Source: Amoebidium appalachense
Taxonomy: Eukaryota > Protista > Ichthyosporea
Assembly (NCBI GenBank): GCA_963693365.1
Contig: CAVNZM010000002.1
Span: forward strand, 10,035,828-10,099,827
Length of the DNA stretch: 64,000 bases
Direction of reading: 5' to 3'
Under the pieces are notes generated by a model that was not told where the DNA came from, searched no databases, and saw nothing but the letters and a program-made list of their open reading frames with translations. A program made the translations under genes and the position numbers. Positions 25,960-46,320 of this stretch are shown here, piece after piece. Numbering within the stretch: position 1 is the stretch's first letter; the number at the start of each line of letters is the position of its first letter.

Positions 25960-26140
25960 TTCAATATATATTTAAGGCCAGGATCGGCTGCCTCACATCA
26001 ACCAATCATAATCATTTTATAATTCTGCAAGAGAGGGGTAAATTAATTTCGCGGCGGCATTTAAAATTTTACCCCCTTTAGAAAACAGTTCGCGATTGAT
26101 TGGTTGAATCATTTGCTGTAACGACACTATAAAATCAGCA
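25960..26140. promoter_or_regulatory. Bidirectional H2B/H3 promoter
   Basis: TATA-like elements at both ends (~25964-25971; TATAAAA 26128-26134), CCAAT 26002 and ATTGG 26099, inverted GAGAGGGGTAA / TTTTACCCCCT pair. Confidence 0.7.
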
Positions 26141-26183
26141 ACCGCCCTAAACTTGTCTCACAAACGTCAACTTCACAACGTGA

Positions 26184-26597
<414 letters not shown>

Positions 26598-26651
26598 GTG
26601 CCCTGCACACCTTAAAGCCCTTCGGCTTAATGAAGGGCTGACACAAATAAT

Positions 26652-26689
26652 GGTGTTTTTAAACACCACCCACCTTCGCAAAGAATCTT
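26652..26689 (+). promoter_or_regulatory. H3 histone 3' stem-loop (26652-26667) plus downstream element
   Basis: GGTGTT-TTTA-AACACC followed by ACCCA...CAAAGAATCTT. Confidence 0.85.
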
Positions 26690-28490
26690 ATCTGCACTTT
26701 GCCCATTGCTCACGCACGTAGTAGCAAGCCTTTATGGACCTTTTCGAAACATGCATAAAAGTGGCCTTGTTTTGCTTTCCATATCTGTCCCCACCAGTTC
26801 CTCCAACTTAAATGAATTTGCGTGCGTATTTTTTTTTTGCTGTGAAGCTTGAGACTTTCTGTACCCAGATCTGGCGACAACCACCTGCGCCTCTTATCTC
26901 CGTGCCCCCACCCCCCCACCTCTACGTGAACACTTAGAACAACCGACTTTTTTCCCGAGCTCGTAAAGGGTTTCGTCTGACAGGTGAGTCCTCCCTTTCC
27001 AAACTTTTGTGTCTCCCACCCCTGCTTTGCCTCCTCCCATGACTCCCATTCCATTACAAGCCACCACACCCCAAACACAACTCCGTCCACTTCGGCTGCA
27101 GGTGTTAATACCTTGCCCCGCTTCCCCTTTTCCCACCCCGGAGCCCACTTCCGTCTACCAGATTCCGTCTTCCGTCTACCAGATATTTCCACCTGCATGC
27201 TAGCTAGACAACGAAAGTTAACTTATGGGCTTCGGGGCCTCGTAAGTTGCAGCCATGGCCTTAGGAGCCCAGATTGGCTTCGCTCGGCAATGCAAGACGG
27301 TGAGCGAGAGGTGAGTGAGAGGACCGTTCAAACGGGGGGGGGGGGGGGGGGGGGGGGGGTGGTAATAAGTTTTGAGGGAAATCAGTAGTATTTTCATTAT
27401 TTGGAGTTGGGAGTTAGCTAGTTGCATGCTGTGTGCCAGCGGCTTCCATGTGTAGGTCATACACGTATACATCCGTGCTCGTTGGCACACGTGCACACGT
27501 GCACCCATATACGTACAAGTGTACATACATACACGCACGTAGACACCATGACGCACACACTATGTGACCCACACAGAGCTCTCTCTCTCAAAAGTTTCTC
27601 AGGCTCCCTTCTTTCCCCCCTCCCCTCCCTCCCTCCCTCCCGTACTCCCTTCCCTCACCTTCCTTCCCCCCCTTCCTCCCCTCTCTCCCCTTTTTCCTCC
27701 CCGCGAAGCTCTCCCTCTTTCACTTCCTCCCGGCACTCCCAAGTCTCTCTACGTTCGTGTGTTATACGTTAAGTGTGCCTCTATGTGCAGTGTGTGTGTA
27801 TGGAACTGTATGTCTGTGAGTGCAGGTTACATAGTTAACTCTGGGTGAAGTATGTATGTTTTCTTTTTTGTTTTTTTTTTTGTGCATGCCTGTGTACGTG
27901 TGGAAGGACAGGAAGAGGGAGGAAGGGGGGGGGGGGGGGGGGGGGGGGGAGGGAGGGGGGAGGGGGAGGGGGGGGGGGGGGGAGGCTGGCAGGAAGGGGA
28001 GACTTCGGGGCTTTAACGGCCGGGGCTGCCTGACTTCTCTTTCCCAGCCTAGCCCAGCTAACAGATCTACATGGTCGGCATGCTTCCACTTACCTTCAAG
28101 CATCCTAGTTTCAAGTGATTGAAATGATACATTCAACATCCCTCGAGCTCCCCCCCGCAATGTGTCCATGATAATGGCCTAGCCAACCCTCCCTCCCCCC
28201 CCCCCCCCCCCCCCCTACCCCACAGGCCTCCGCCCCAAAAAAAACAACATGATGTTCAAAACAGCCATGCCCCCCCCCCCCCCCCCCCCCCCTCTCCTCC
28301 TCCTCTCCCCACCCCCCGGGGCCTTCCATCCCCCCCAAAAGAAAAAGAGGTGGGTCTGTAGAAATTTACTATGATGGTGCAACAAATAATGGAGAGATAG
28401 CTGAAAGAAAGCAAAACTTGCAACAGAACACAAAATATAGAGTAATCAGCAGTAGAGACCACATGTATGCTCGGACTCTTTTTTTTTTTT

Positions 28491-28521
<31 letters not shown>

Positions 28522-29059
28522 CAAGGCTTCACAGCAAAACGTACAAATACCGGCTACTTAATGCTGATTACTCTATATTTTGTGTTCTGTTGCACCCTAC
28601 AGCCCTGTAAGTATCCACACGGTTTCAAATGGACCCCAATACACATATGTGCACACTTTCGCGCGTTTATACATGACATGCAATAATATTAGAGCAGCCC
28701 ACCTAATGATATCGATGCAGTTGCACAAACGAAATAGCGAATTACCTCAGAGGATAGCCTGAGAGTAATCAAAAAATCACTTGGGGCATATGGTGGCATG
28801 TATTGCTGCGAGCAGTCAGAAAGTATTTAGGCGAAATAGTAGGCTTCGTTTACTGGCCCCGCTCCCCTTCCCCTCGGCATATTTGTGTATTATGTGCAGT
28901 CCCGTTTGAGGAAGGGATGGATGGGTAGGTGGGTGAATGGGTGGTCGGAAAAGGGGAGGGGGGGAGGAGGAGAGGGGAATGTAGAATGACCCCGGAATAA
29001 GTCCTTCACAACAAAAAGAGGCCCGTTCCACCAGCACATGGCTGTGAAACCCATCGTTA

Positions 29060-29151
29060 TCCGTGTATCAGTGCTCCTTACAATGTTTTGCAGTCGTTAT
29101 TAGACTGCTAATAACGATTGCAAAACATAGTAAGGAGCACTGATACACGGA
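29060..29151. repeat. Near-perfect 44-bp inverted repeat (hairpin, 4-nt loop)
   Basis: Arms 29060-29103 and 29108-29151 differ at two positions, one of which is a G-U pair on the + strand. Confidence 0.9.
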
Positions 29152-29371
29152 AAACGGAGCAAGGCACAGGCACAAACAAGAATGCAGTTTGAGAGTGGAA
29201 AACCAGAGCACAGGGAATAGTGAAAGCAACCAGCAAGCACAGGTGTATGACGGTGTTCTCTTTCACTTTCTGGATAAAGAAGCGGCAATGATGGTGGGAA
29301 AGGAGTGAAGGGTTAGTCAAGTAGGGTGTAATGAAGAACGTTTGGGGGGTCGAAAGGAGGGCCAAAACGAT

Positions 29372-29408
29372 AAGCTTCTTTGAAAAGGGGGTGGTGTTTA
29401 GAAACACC
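29372..29408 (-). promoter_or_regulatory. H4 histone 3' stem-loop (29393-29408) plus downstream element
   Basis: Minus strand GGTGTT-TCTA-AACACC followed by ACCCCCTTTTCAAAGAAGCTT. Confidence 0.85.
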
Positions 29409-29442
29409 ATAAAAAGGGGAAGAAGCTCTGTCAAGGTAGCGT

Positions 29443-29910
<468 letters not shown>

Positions 29911-29989
29911 TTGTAATCTTTGCATCCGATCCGGCTTGATCCTTTTTAGTCAAGCTCCGATCAGCCACTTCCGCACTTCGTCTTGGTAA

Positions 29990-30418
<429 letters not shown>

Positions 30419-30464
30419 TTGCTGCCCCTGCTGCCTTGATCGCGGTTTTAGCGGTTCATTTTCT

Positions 30465-30499
30465 GGTGTTTTTAAACACCAACCCCTTTTAAAGAGTTT
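30465..30499 (+). promoter_or_regulatory. H2A histone 3' stem-loop (30465-30480) plus downstream element
   Basis: GGTGTT-TTTA-AACACC followed by AACCCCTTTTAAAGAGTTT. Confidence 0.85.
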
Positions 30500-30955
30500 A
30501 TCCACTGTTCACCTTGTCTGTGTGAGCACCGTGCTCGTTGAGTGACTTCCCAACAGGCTATTAGAACCTGTATACCAAATGTATTATTGCACGTGTTCCT
30601 GCTTGAAGTTTGACCTTTTTCCTATGAGCATGTAGGCTCTAAACAGTCCAGTCATGCAGTACACTGTGAACGTTTATTGTCGTTAAATGTGGAACTATGT
30701 TTGCCGTACGAGAACACAACTTGTTGCACCTGTCGACACCAGAGGTGGATGGAAATCTCGTGTAGTTTCTTCGTTTCTTCTTTTTCCCTTGCGAATCAGT
30801 CGTGTGCGTGTAAGGGGGCTGCTGCGTGGGGAGTTAACGTCATTCGAAATAAATTTGAGGGCGGCGAGATCTCGACTCGGTTCTCGGAGCCGAGGAGGGT
30901 CAAGGGAGCTGTTTGGGCCTGCAATACTCTACTGAAACTTGATTAGGCTATACGC

Positions 30956-31549
30956 ATGAAATTAAAACCCCGCAATAGTGTGTGTGTGACTTTGGACTGC
31001 CACTTACTTATTAAACATGTACACAATCACAAGATAATCACGCAATATAACAAATGGAAAAAGATACCACACGACACTAGACCCGATGAAAGCATACACC
31101 TTGAAAAACTAAGCCTTATGTCTCGTTTTATATATACTGACCGCCTCAACCATATTGCCAAATATGGCACTCGCAAGTGTATAACACCTAAATACATATT
31201 ACCTTCCTGTAGAACTGGTCTTTCTCTAGCTGATGGTATTATTGATCAATTACCACGCTTTTACTGTACACGTGCTATACAGTGGAGATCTAATAAGTAT
31301 AAGGTGGCATCATTTGCATGCCCAAACAACACACACACACACCAGTTTAACCGGTCATGTATCGCCAAATGTAGTTTGATAGACCACATAATACCGCAAC
31401 ACACACACGTCACATTCACAACAGACACCCAGAAAGATAGCCTACCTGTAAATTACAACATCCTTGATTTTATACTAAACACGCGTAACTACGACCTGTT
31501 TATTAGATGTATTGATTGGCTTGAGAAACACATCACTACAAAATTATAG
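30956..31549 (+). mobile_element. Probable 5'-truncated non-LTR retrotransposon (ORF2 C-terminus), followed by (CA)n
   Basis: AT-rich intronless 197-codon ORF with a WR...C...H..FNR..C...ILDFILN pattern that I recall from LINE ORF2 C-termini; the stop is followed almost directly by a CA microsatellite. No RT domain visible. Confidence 0.4.
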
Positions 31550-31553
31550 CGCA

Positions 31554-31624
<71 letters not shown>

Positions 31625-31656
31625 CCAGCTGATACCGAGTGTCCCGAGGGGAGCCC

Positions 31657-31711
<55 letters not shown>

Positions 31712-32233
31712 GGGGAACCCCAACTAATTGATTTCTCCTTGTAGTCTTTATGGTGTCTCGCAGAGAAAGTAAACCCTGATATATAGTCACCACCCGACAT
31801 CTATGTACGTGATCATGATATACCGCTGAGGGGATATTCCGAGCAAACCCCCCCCCCCCATACCTGAGACTGGTTCTCTTTGCCTCGAGTAAACAGCGTA
31901 AACCCCCCATGAAATTAGAGAGTATTGCAGGCCCAAACAGCTACTTCCTCGTTAGTGTCTCTCCTGAAACTTGATTATATGAAATTAGAGACACTAACGA
32001 GGAAGTAGCAGCTCTTGAGTCCACAACTCTACTCTTGTCAACCAGTGCACTTTAGAAAGGCGCTTTCCTCCCCTTCGTTTGCCGGGGTAGCGCGTATGCG
32101 TTTCTTTCTGCTGCCTGCCTTCGATCCTAATAATGGTATGATCGTTTTGTAACCCAGCACGTGTCACACGGTCAGTAAAAGGCACCCTCCTTCGCGTCGA
32201 TCTTGTAGATCTGATGTTGGGTTTTCAGTAAAC

Positions 32234-37480
<5,247 letters not shown>

Positions 37481-38151
37481 TTCTCTTTTTCCTTTACCTT
37501 TCTTTTCCTTTTTTATGTTATTGTTTTGTGATGGTGTGTTCGTATTTGCTTTGTTTATTGCCAGTTCAGGCTCTCTCTACGCAATGGTATGCTGTGCATA
37601 TCTGATTTTAGGCGTGATGATTGGCTCCAAAGTCGAAACACTTGGCGTTTCTGTCGGGACCAATACAATTAGTTGGAATGTTATCTTCCATACCTTTGCA
37701 ATGTGAATACCTTCACGCCACCCACTCAGGCCCATACCCGTTTTTTAGATCGAAACCATTGCCAAGATGTCCGATACTACTTTGTGGCCTATTCAGATGT
37801 TTGATTGGGTACCAGGGTTTGGGTTACGCACCACATGCATCTCTCCCAATCTCTCTCTCCCTCCCCCTCCCCACTTATATTGCCTGCTCCTTCCCTTCCC
37901 CCTCCTCTCCCCGTCTGTCCCCGCCCCCTCTCTCCCTCTTGCTCCCTCCAATTAACTCTCTCTCTCTTCCCCCCCCTCCCCCTTCCTCCGGTGCTCCCCC
38001 TCAAAGCCTCCCCGTCTCTCTCTCTGCGTGTATGTACACATGTGTTCACGTTCCTCTGTCATGTGGCAACCATGCAAGTACTTCTCTAACGAGGTGTCTG
38101 TGACTACGGGCATGTGTCTCTCTCTCCCTCTCTCTCCCTCTCTCTCTCTCC

Positions 38152-38226
<75 letters not shown>

Positions 38227-38686
38227 CTCGCTCTCTCTCTCTCTCTCTCCCCTTCTCTCCTTCTCCCTCTCCCTTTCCCTCCCTCCTTCCCTCCCTCCCT
38301 CCACTGCCATCCCTCCCTGCCTCCCTCCGTGCTCCCTCCCTCCACTCCTCCCGAGTCCGAACCCTTTATAATGGCTATGCCTAATTAGGGGAAAATGCCA
38401 TATATGGGCAAAAGCTATATCATGGGGCTTTGTGATATCCGAGTCGACTGCTATGGACGGCATTGAATCTTGGTGATCATGACGTTATCGGTGACTTACT
38501 GTAATAATAAGAAATAAACGATAACATGAAGGGTGGCAACTTAAGTTTATTCTAGTCAACTGCTTTTAAGGTCGGAAAACAACATATGCATGCTGCGCAG
38601 ATTATTGTTGCATGATTTATTGCCACTCGTATTGAATGTTATGAAGTGGGCACCAGGCTTGGGTATGCATGTACACATGCATTTGC

Positions 38687-38763
<77 letters not shown>

Positions 38764-39383
38764 ATGAGTGTACTGTGTGTGTGTATGTGTGAGTGTGTTC
38801 GCAGGGGGGCACATTGTGTGTGTGTGTATGTGTAAGTGTGTTCGCAGGGGGGCACATGCTTGTCGCCCTGTGAGTACGTGTGTGTAGATCAGGGAATTAA
38901 TGACTTTACGGCAAATACAGATACCCTCCGCCAAATTTTAAATGGGGCATGATCTTGGATTTTCTGGACCCCATCGGGGACTCATGCCCCCCCCCCCCCC
39001 CCCCCCCCCCCCTGGGGGGCTGGCCTACTTTCGTTTTTGTTCTTGCGTTACCTCAACCCCACCAGCCAGCAGCCAAAGAGGGTGACTGTACACGAAATAC
39101 AAACCGTAGGCTACTTTCATCACCACGTGAAGAAGAGTGAGTGGGCATGACATGAGCGCACACATATATAGGCAGCCTCCCGCCAATTTCTAGCACGATT
39201 TATTCATCAGTACCGATGGCTATAGCTACTGTCATCTATTACATGCACGGCCGCGGACCCATCGTGACATTCGCTTACAAGGTTAGGAAATTGTGACGAT
39301 CGTCAGACTAAAGAAACAATGGGAATAGAAATAGGAATAAAAATCAAGATAAAAACCAAGACTAATAATAAAAAATTTAAAGC

Positions 39384-39417
<34 letters not shown>

Positions 39418-39621
39418 GGAAAAGGCAGTGTCACGCATTACAGGCACGGGGTCGTTAGTGCGGGCAAGCCAGACTGAGTGCGGCAAAACATATCGACACG
39501 ACTTACCGACAAAAGCTATCCCAGTTCAGAAGGCATATATATCCTTCACATGTTGTTGTATATTCGAAACACAGCTCCTTACAGCATAGATAGTGGTGGA
39601 TAAGCCAGTCTTCCCCCCCCC

Positions 39622-39656
<35 letters not shown>

Positions 39657-40039
39657 ATTTCCATGAATTCGACTATCATAGGGAACTCGCATCACCGGCA
39701 GTGTCATTATAAACTCCAAACTGTTTTTTACATCCTGAGTCTTCTCAAAGGAATTGAGAAGAACTTGAGAAAAATATCCCGCATATGTTCCAAATAGTCA
39801 AATTTTCGTCAAAAGAATAAACCGCAATCATTGGTGCACACTGTCGAACACCGCAACCCAGTTTTTTGCTTGCTTGACTAAATTTCTACGTGTATATCTG
39901 ATTCACCTCCCTCCTTATTGAAGTAAACTCTGCGCAATCCACAGAATCATTTCGATTCACTCGTTTTCCTCCTCCCGGCAAGACACTGTCACAAAATTTT
40001 CAATGCCGTGTTAGGCGGATTTTCTCTGTTTTTTGTTCT

Positions 40040-40168
40040 TTACGGTTGGGATATCTCCTCCGAGTTTATCCCGTCCGTGGTGACTATCCGCCACCTCTTC
40101 CCACTTGGCCCCGGCTGCTCTGGGTGTGCCTCGTCTCCTGCCGGCGACATTTCTTGTTAGCGCTCAAA

Positions 40169-40225
<57 letters not shown>

Positions 40226-41247
40226 GGGGGAGGGGGGGGGGGGGGGGGGGGGGGGGGGTGAGGGGGTAGCATGCCTTTTGGCAGTGCACAGAACACTTTC
40301 ACGACGGAAAGTTCAGAATGCAGATAGGAGTATATTTTTATTTTTATCTTTTTTGGGTGGATGGCGGATGGGGCGGAGAGAGAGGGCGGTGCGGGAGGGG
40401 GGAGAGAGAGAAGGAGGGAGGGGAACCGGGTGAGAGGGGGAGGGGTGTGTGTGTTGGGGGGGGGGGTTAGAACGTGTTACCAAGTACCGCGCGGGGGGGG
40501 GGGGGGGGGGGGGGAGGGGGGGTTTACCTGGCATGATAACAGTTATTGTAGACTTCTTTGAAGCGTCAAGGTGAGGGGTCACAGGTCGCATGTCCCTGCA
40601 TATCACCATATATGGTTAGTACGGGTAGCATTCCCATATATGGTTAGTACGGGTAGCATTCCCATATATGGTTGGTACGGGTAGCATTCCCATATATGGT
40701 TGGTACGGGTAGCATTCCCATATATGGTTGGTACGGGTAGCATTCTCATAAACCGATGGCAAGAAGGGAGAAGTGCGGGGGAAAGGGGGGGGGGGGGGGG
40801 GGGGGAGGATATACAATAAAGAAAAACCGACCCCTGAATATGGTGCGGTCTGGAAGAATCAATGTATGGACCACACCTGAGCACACACACACGACTACGC
40901 AAATTCGACGATTAGGTTTCATATACTCCGTGTGTGTGTGTGTGAAACGGTGTGTGTGTGTGAAACAATGTGCGCGTGTGTGCTTGTGTGTGTGTGTGTG
41001 TGTGTGTATGTGTGTGTGTGTGTGCCCGTGTGTGTGTGTACGTGCGTGTGCATCAGGGGAAGAGGAAGCGAAAGTAAACTAGGGCATAGGCAAGCCCCCC
41101 TGCCCCCCCTCCCCCCCCCCCCCCCCCCCCCTCCCCCCTCCCCCCCCCCCCCCCCCCCTCCCCCCGGCCCCTACTCACACACACAAGCAAAGGAAAACCC
41201 AAAACCATTTATGGGATGCTTCGACAAATCCCATCGCACACGTGTGC

Positions 41248-41326
<79 letters not shown>

Positions 41327-41995
41327 CTCACTCTCTCTCGCTCTCGCTCTCTCTCTCTCTCTTGCTCTCTTGCTTTCTCTCTCGCACGCACTTACACACG
41401 CTTCCATGCACGCACCAACACACACACACACGCACACACACACACACACACACCCGCACACACCACACAGAGATAATACGAGAACAACAACAACACCACC
41501 ACCACCACCAACACCACTTCTCGGGGAAAAAAAGGGGGGGGGGGGAGAAAAGAATGGAAGAACCAACACACACACGTACATATTCAAGCATGCATCCCTC
41601 AATGCCTGCATATTTCTGTGTCTTGCCAGCTCTCTGAGGATGAACCAAGTGGCCTGGGGCAGAGCAAAGGATCCCTCGTGGTGGGATGCAAGCAGAGACG
41701 CAGGTGTGCCCCACACTGTGTCTACCGTTTCCCCTGCGTGTGGTGTTTTTTATTATTATTAATACGTTTATTTATTAATGGGGGGGGGGGGGGGGGGGGG
41801 GGGAGGGAGGGAGAAAGACGTGGGAGAGGACCGGGGGGGGGGGGGGGGGGGGTACTTTGTTGGTGGATGTTGGTGGGCAGTTTGTGTGGGTGTATGGGCA
41901 TGCGTGTGTGTGTGTGGGTGTGTGTGTGGTGGGGGGGGGGGGGGTTGCACGTGTGTGCCTGTGTGCGTGTGTCTGTGTGCGTGTGTCGTGTGCGT

Positions 41996-42041
<46 letters not shown>

Positions 42042-42457
42042 ATGCGTGTGTCATGCGATTGAGTGAGCGAGTCTCTCATTTTCCCAAGCCTTTTCCCGCC
42101 CATTTCCTGCAAATCCAAGCATCCACAAAATTCCAACTCGCAACTCAGGTGTGTAAATATTTGATTAAAGCGAGAAAGGGGGGAGGCGGTGAGGAGGGCA
42201 GAGAGGAGGGGGGGGGGGGGGGGGGGGGGAGCTAGAGGAGACACGTGGAAATACTGGGCCGCTTACTTAAGGTAGTGTAGTTAGTTTGAACAAGGGGAGG
42301 GTTTGTTTAAAACAAGCGGGACAGTCCTAAGCGAGTGTTGGGGGTGTTAATGATATGGGGAGGATGATACTTAATCAGGCACCCAGGAAACATGGAATGG
42401 AAACTGTGTGAGAAACTAAGTGTGCCCCCTGTCCCCCGCTTCCGTCTGCCTCTCCCT

Positions 42458-42541
<84 letters not shown>

Positions 42542-42701
42542 CCTCCCCCCCCCCCCCCTTTCTATCCATCTCTCTTTCTCTCTCCCTCTTCCCCCCCGCC
42601 CCCGTTACCCTCCTTTGTCTCCCTCCCTACCGCCCTCCCCTCCCTCCCTCCTGCCTCTCCTCCCCCCCCCCCCCTCTTCATCTCTCTTTCTCCACTCCCT
42701 T

Positions 42702-42739
<38 letters not shown>

Positions 42740-43339
42740 TTCCCCTCCCCCTCTCTCCTGTGCCCCCAAATCCAATCCCTCCCCCCCCCCCCCCCCTTCC
42801 TTCCCCCGCCCCTCTCTCCTATCCCCCCACCCCCACCACCACACACTCCCACATCCCAGCTCCTCCCCTCCCCTTCCCCCCCCAACGGGCGCCGCCACCG
42901 CCCCTGTCCCTGCTTTCTTTATCCCCGGCTTCCTCCCCCCTTCCCCCCCTCCCCCCGTCCCTCCACGCACCACCACCTCCAAGTCCCACACATCAACCTC
43001 TCGCTGCCAAAAATGTAAAACTCAGGAAAGCAATGGGAACGAGATGGTGGGGTGCCCCGGGGGGGGGGGGGGGGGGGAGGGGGGGGGGAGGGAGGAGAGA
43101 GGAATACATGCATTAGAGGGTTGGAAAATTGTAGGAAGAGACGTCAAAAGACAAAGTTTACGTCACAACATAACAGTTAGACTTCCGAAGTCAGAGGGAG
43201 GGGGGGGGGGGGGGGGGATGTCTGGAAATGGAGAAAGAGAGGTTTGATATCTGAAAAAAGGGGGAACGAGGGGGGGAGGGGGGCGGGCGGAAGTTGAAGG
43301 TCGAGGAGAGGGAAGAAAGGATGAAGAAATGAGAGACGT

Positions 43340-43371
<32 letters not shown>

Positions 43372-43752
43372 CTACCTTGGTCATGGCCGGCGTGGTGTGG
43401 GTGTTCGTTCAAAACGGCAAGATAGAACATGGTGTCGTAGCGAAGGGGTACCTGCATAGGTGTCACCCTGTGTGTGTGTGTGTGTGTGTATGTGGTGTGT
43501 TGTGTGTGCACGCACGCGTGTGAGCATACACAAGTGTGCCTGGAGCTGTGTTTAAATGCTTTTTTTCTAGGGAAGAAACGGGTGGGGAGGGGGGAGGGGG
43601 GGAGGGAGGAGGGGAGGGAAGGAGGTGTGTGTTCCCTTGTGTATGTAGTCGATTACGGGCTGTGCAATTATGTGGTGGAATGTGGTATTGAATGCACACG
43701 TGTGTCTGGCTGTGTGTAGATTTTGTGTCTAGTGTGGTGCGAGAGAAAGGGA

Positions 43753-43807
<55 letters not shown>

Positions 43808-44975
43808 CGCGCGTGCGTGCGTGCGTGTGTGTGTGTATGTGTGTGCGCGTGTGTGCGTGCGTGTGTAGGTATGTAAGTGTATGTAATGTGTGTGTGCGCG
43901 CTGCCGCAAATGTGTTCTTTACACTTGCTCTCTACTTCTTCCTTTTTTTTCCTTTTTTTTCTTTCCTTTTTTTTTTTTTTTTTTTTTGGCATGGGAGGGG
44001 GGGAGGGGGGGAGGGGGGGGAGGAGGGGGTATATGTGTTTGACGAGATGTGCGATGTGGCGTGAGCGTGTTATGGGTTCCTGGGCGGTGGGGCGGGGGAG
44101 GGGGGGGGGGGGGGGAGGGGGGTAATTGTTGGTGGATGTGTGTGGATTAGCAAAACATCCGACGTCCCTGGAGAACAAGGGCATGGGGGGGGGAGGGGGG
44201 GGGAGGGTTGTTTGTGGAGCTAATCTATCAGCGGCTTCTAAAGCATTTACATAGAGCATTATTGCAGAATGATAGGCGGAGGGTGAGATATTCTTTCCGC
44301 CGCATGAATGTCAAAAGGTTCTGCAGTTGATGCGTGTGTGTGTGTGTGTGTGGGCCGGGGGGGGGGGGGGGGGGGGGGGGAGAAGGGAGAGGAGGAAAGA
44401 GAGGAAATGGCCGCCGGGGGGGGGGGGGGGGGGGGAGAGGAGGGGGGGGGGGGGGGGGGAGGGGGTGTAAAGCAAGACTCTACATACCAGCGAGCCCACG
44501 GTAGAAGATCCTCCACAGCCGGCACCCATTTTTGGTCCCTGCAGACACCAAAGAGGTTGCTTGTCTCTTTAACCTCCTGCCTATACCTCACAGCGTCACC
44601 TCCAGATACATAGCCACTCGAACCATTCAATTTTCCCGTATTATCGAGTTTGTTTTCCTGGTTGTGGCATAGCAGCACACCTGACTCCTCGTACAGTTCC
44701 CGTATCCCCCCCACACGGAAATTGACATCCGGGAGGGAGAGAAGGGACTGTGGCAGGAAACTTTGCCATGTGGCAGGCTGGTCACCCTGTTGGGATGCAA
44801 AAGTCTCAGTTCCCTTTTTTCCATTCGCCATACCCCTGCCCTCTCTGCAAAATCCTCCTCCCCCCCCCCCCCTCCCCGCATCCCCTCCACCCCCCGTCTA
44901 ACCCCCAACCCCTCTTCCGCCCAACTCCGAAAGCTCCACCCCCTTCCTCTCACAAACCTCCTTCGCCTGACTCAT

Positions 44976-45022
<47 letters not shown>

Positions 45023-46320
45023 ATCCCCCCCCCCCCCCCCACACACACACACCCCATGCCTGACTCTTTCCTTCCTCTTTCCCTCACCACCCCCACCCCC
45101 TCCCCTCCCCTTCCTCTCTGTTCCCTCGAATAGCCCCACCCCAGCAAGCTGCATCCAGCACAGCTTCACCCGTCACTCTCCCACCTCTCCTCCTTTCTCT
45201 CTCCCTTCAAAATCTTCCGCCCTTCTCTCTTCTTTGCTCATTCTCATTCCCCTACCGTATTCCAATCCTCCGGCATCCTGATGGAAGGAGCCCGGTCTTT
45301 TCCCCACCACGACCTATGAGTGTGTGCGCGCACACACACAGAGCCCCCACACAGGCAGAAACTCTCACACATGAACACACACGCACACATACAGACACAC
45401 AGAGACAGACAACGACACACCCACACACACAAACGCATACACACAGTCTCGGCTTCTATCCCGAACGTCCATCTTTGTCTGTTTGGGTCCTGCCCTATGG
45501 GAGTACCAACTTCACGATCGCATCTGTTTGTGTTTGAGCACCCTTTCTTGCTCAATAAACAGGCGATGTTAACGTGTGTGTCTTTAAGCAACCGGCAAGG
45601 GGGGCGCGGGGGAAAGGGGGAGAGAGGGGGGGAGGGGGGAGGGGGGAGAGGGATAGAAAGGCAACAAAGGGGTGGGTGGGGAGAGAGGGAGGGCACCTTT
45701 TCAAGAACCCCGCCAGGAAAGACATATTGGTTGGGCATAAATCGTGCCTTGCCGTGCCTGTAAGCAGGCCAGTTGATGAGTTTTCGTATACTATATATTC
45801 ATACCTTGATGGTTGAGCTCTCTGCACATCCTGACCCGCTTGCACTTGGCACAGACACAACGTGTCTGCACACCTGCATGAACCCACCAGCGCGGAGGCA
45901 GGTGAGCATGCATGAGAGAACACGCGTGCGCGCACACACATACACACACAAACACTCACACAAGCACTCAAACGCGCACGCACACACGTGCGCGCTTGCG
46001 CACAGGCACACACATACACGTACATGCACACACACACACGCATGCACACACGCACACACAGACGCATACACGCACACACACACAAGCTAACATCAGGAAC
46101 GTGCTTGGACAGCCGCGCATGCACGCCCTCAGGCACCTGCACACGCAGCATCAGAAAACACACAGCACCAAGACACAGGGACGGGCATACGGTAATATTT
46201 GAGTGAGTACCGCTTCAGCATCAGCACAGAAAACGCGCCGTCAGCGGCTGTTTTCCGTGCTCCTGGGCTCAGCAATATGAGGCTGGAGGCCAGCTTGGGC
46301 ACAGCGACACCCCCACTCAT
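40040..46320 (-). CDS. NUDT19: NUDT19-like Nudix hydrolase, multi-exon
   Basis: Exons 46320-46211 (ASSLIL...VLMLKR), 45757-45697 ([14 protein letters not shown]), ~44845-44487 ([17 protein letters not shown]...PWARW), 43467-43376 ([11 protein letters not shown]), 41733-41580, 40595-40528, 40137-40040 (PGDEAHP...stop). The split Nudix box and WxxWxTP/RYDT motifs are typical of NUDT19. The junction between exons 2 and 3 is unresolved. Confidence 0.85.
40606..40745. repeat. 28-bp minisatellite x5 (CCATATATGGTTRGTACGGGTAGCATTC)
   Basis: Five tandem units, no spacers. Confidence 0.95.

Noticed and set aside
26617-26639. Extra hairpin in the H3 3'UTR (AGCCCTTC...GAAGGGCT)
   Set aside because: An 8-bp stem not shared by the other histone genes; may be chance.
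38380-39260. Possible minus-strand exons of a hydrophobic protein (KLAGGCLYM...AGGVE)
   Set aside because: I could not build a consistent gene model or recognise a family.
40606-40745. 28-bp repeat as a CRISPR array
   Set aside because: The units are head-to-tail with no spacers.
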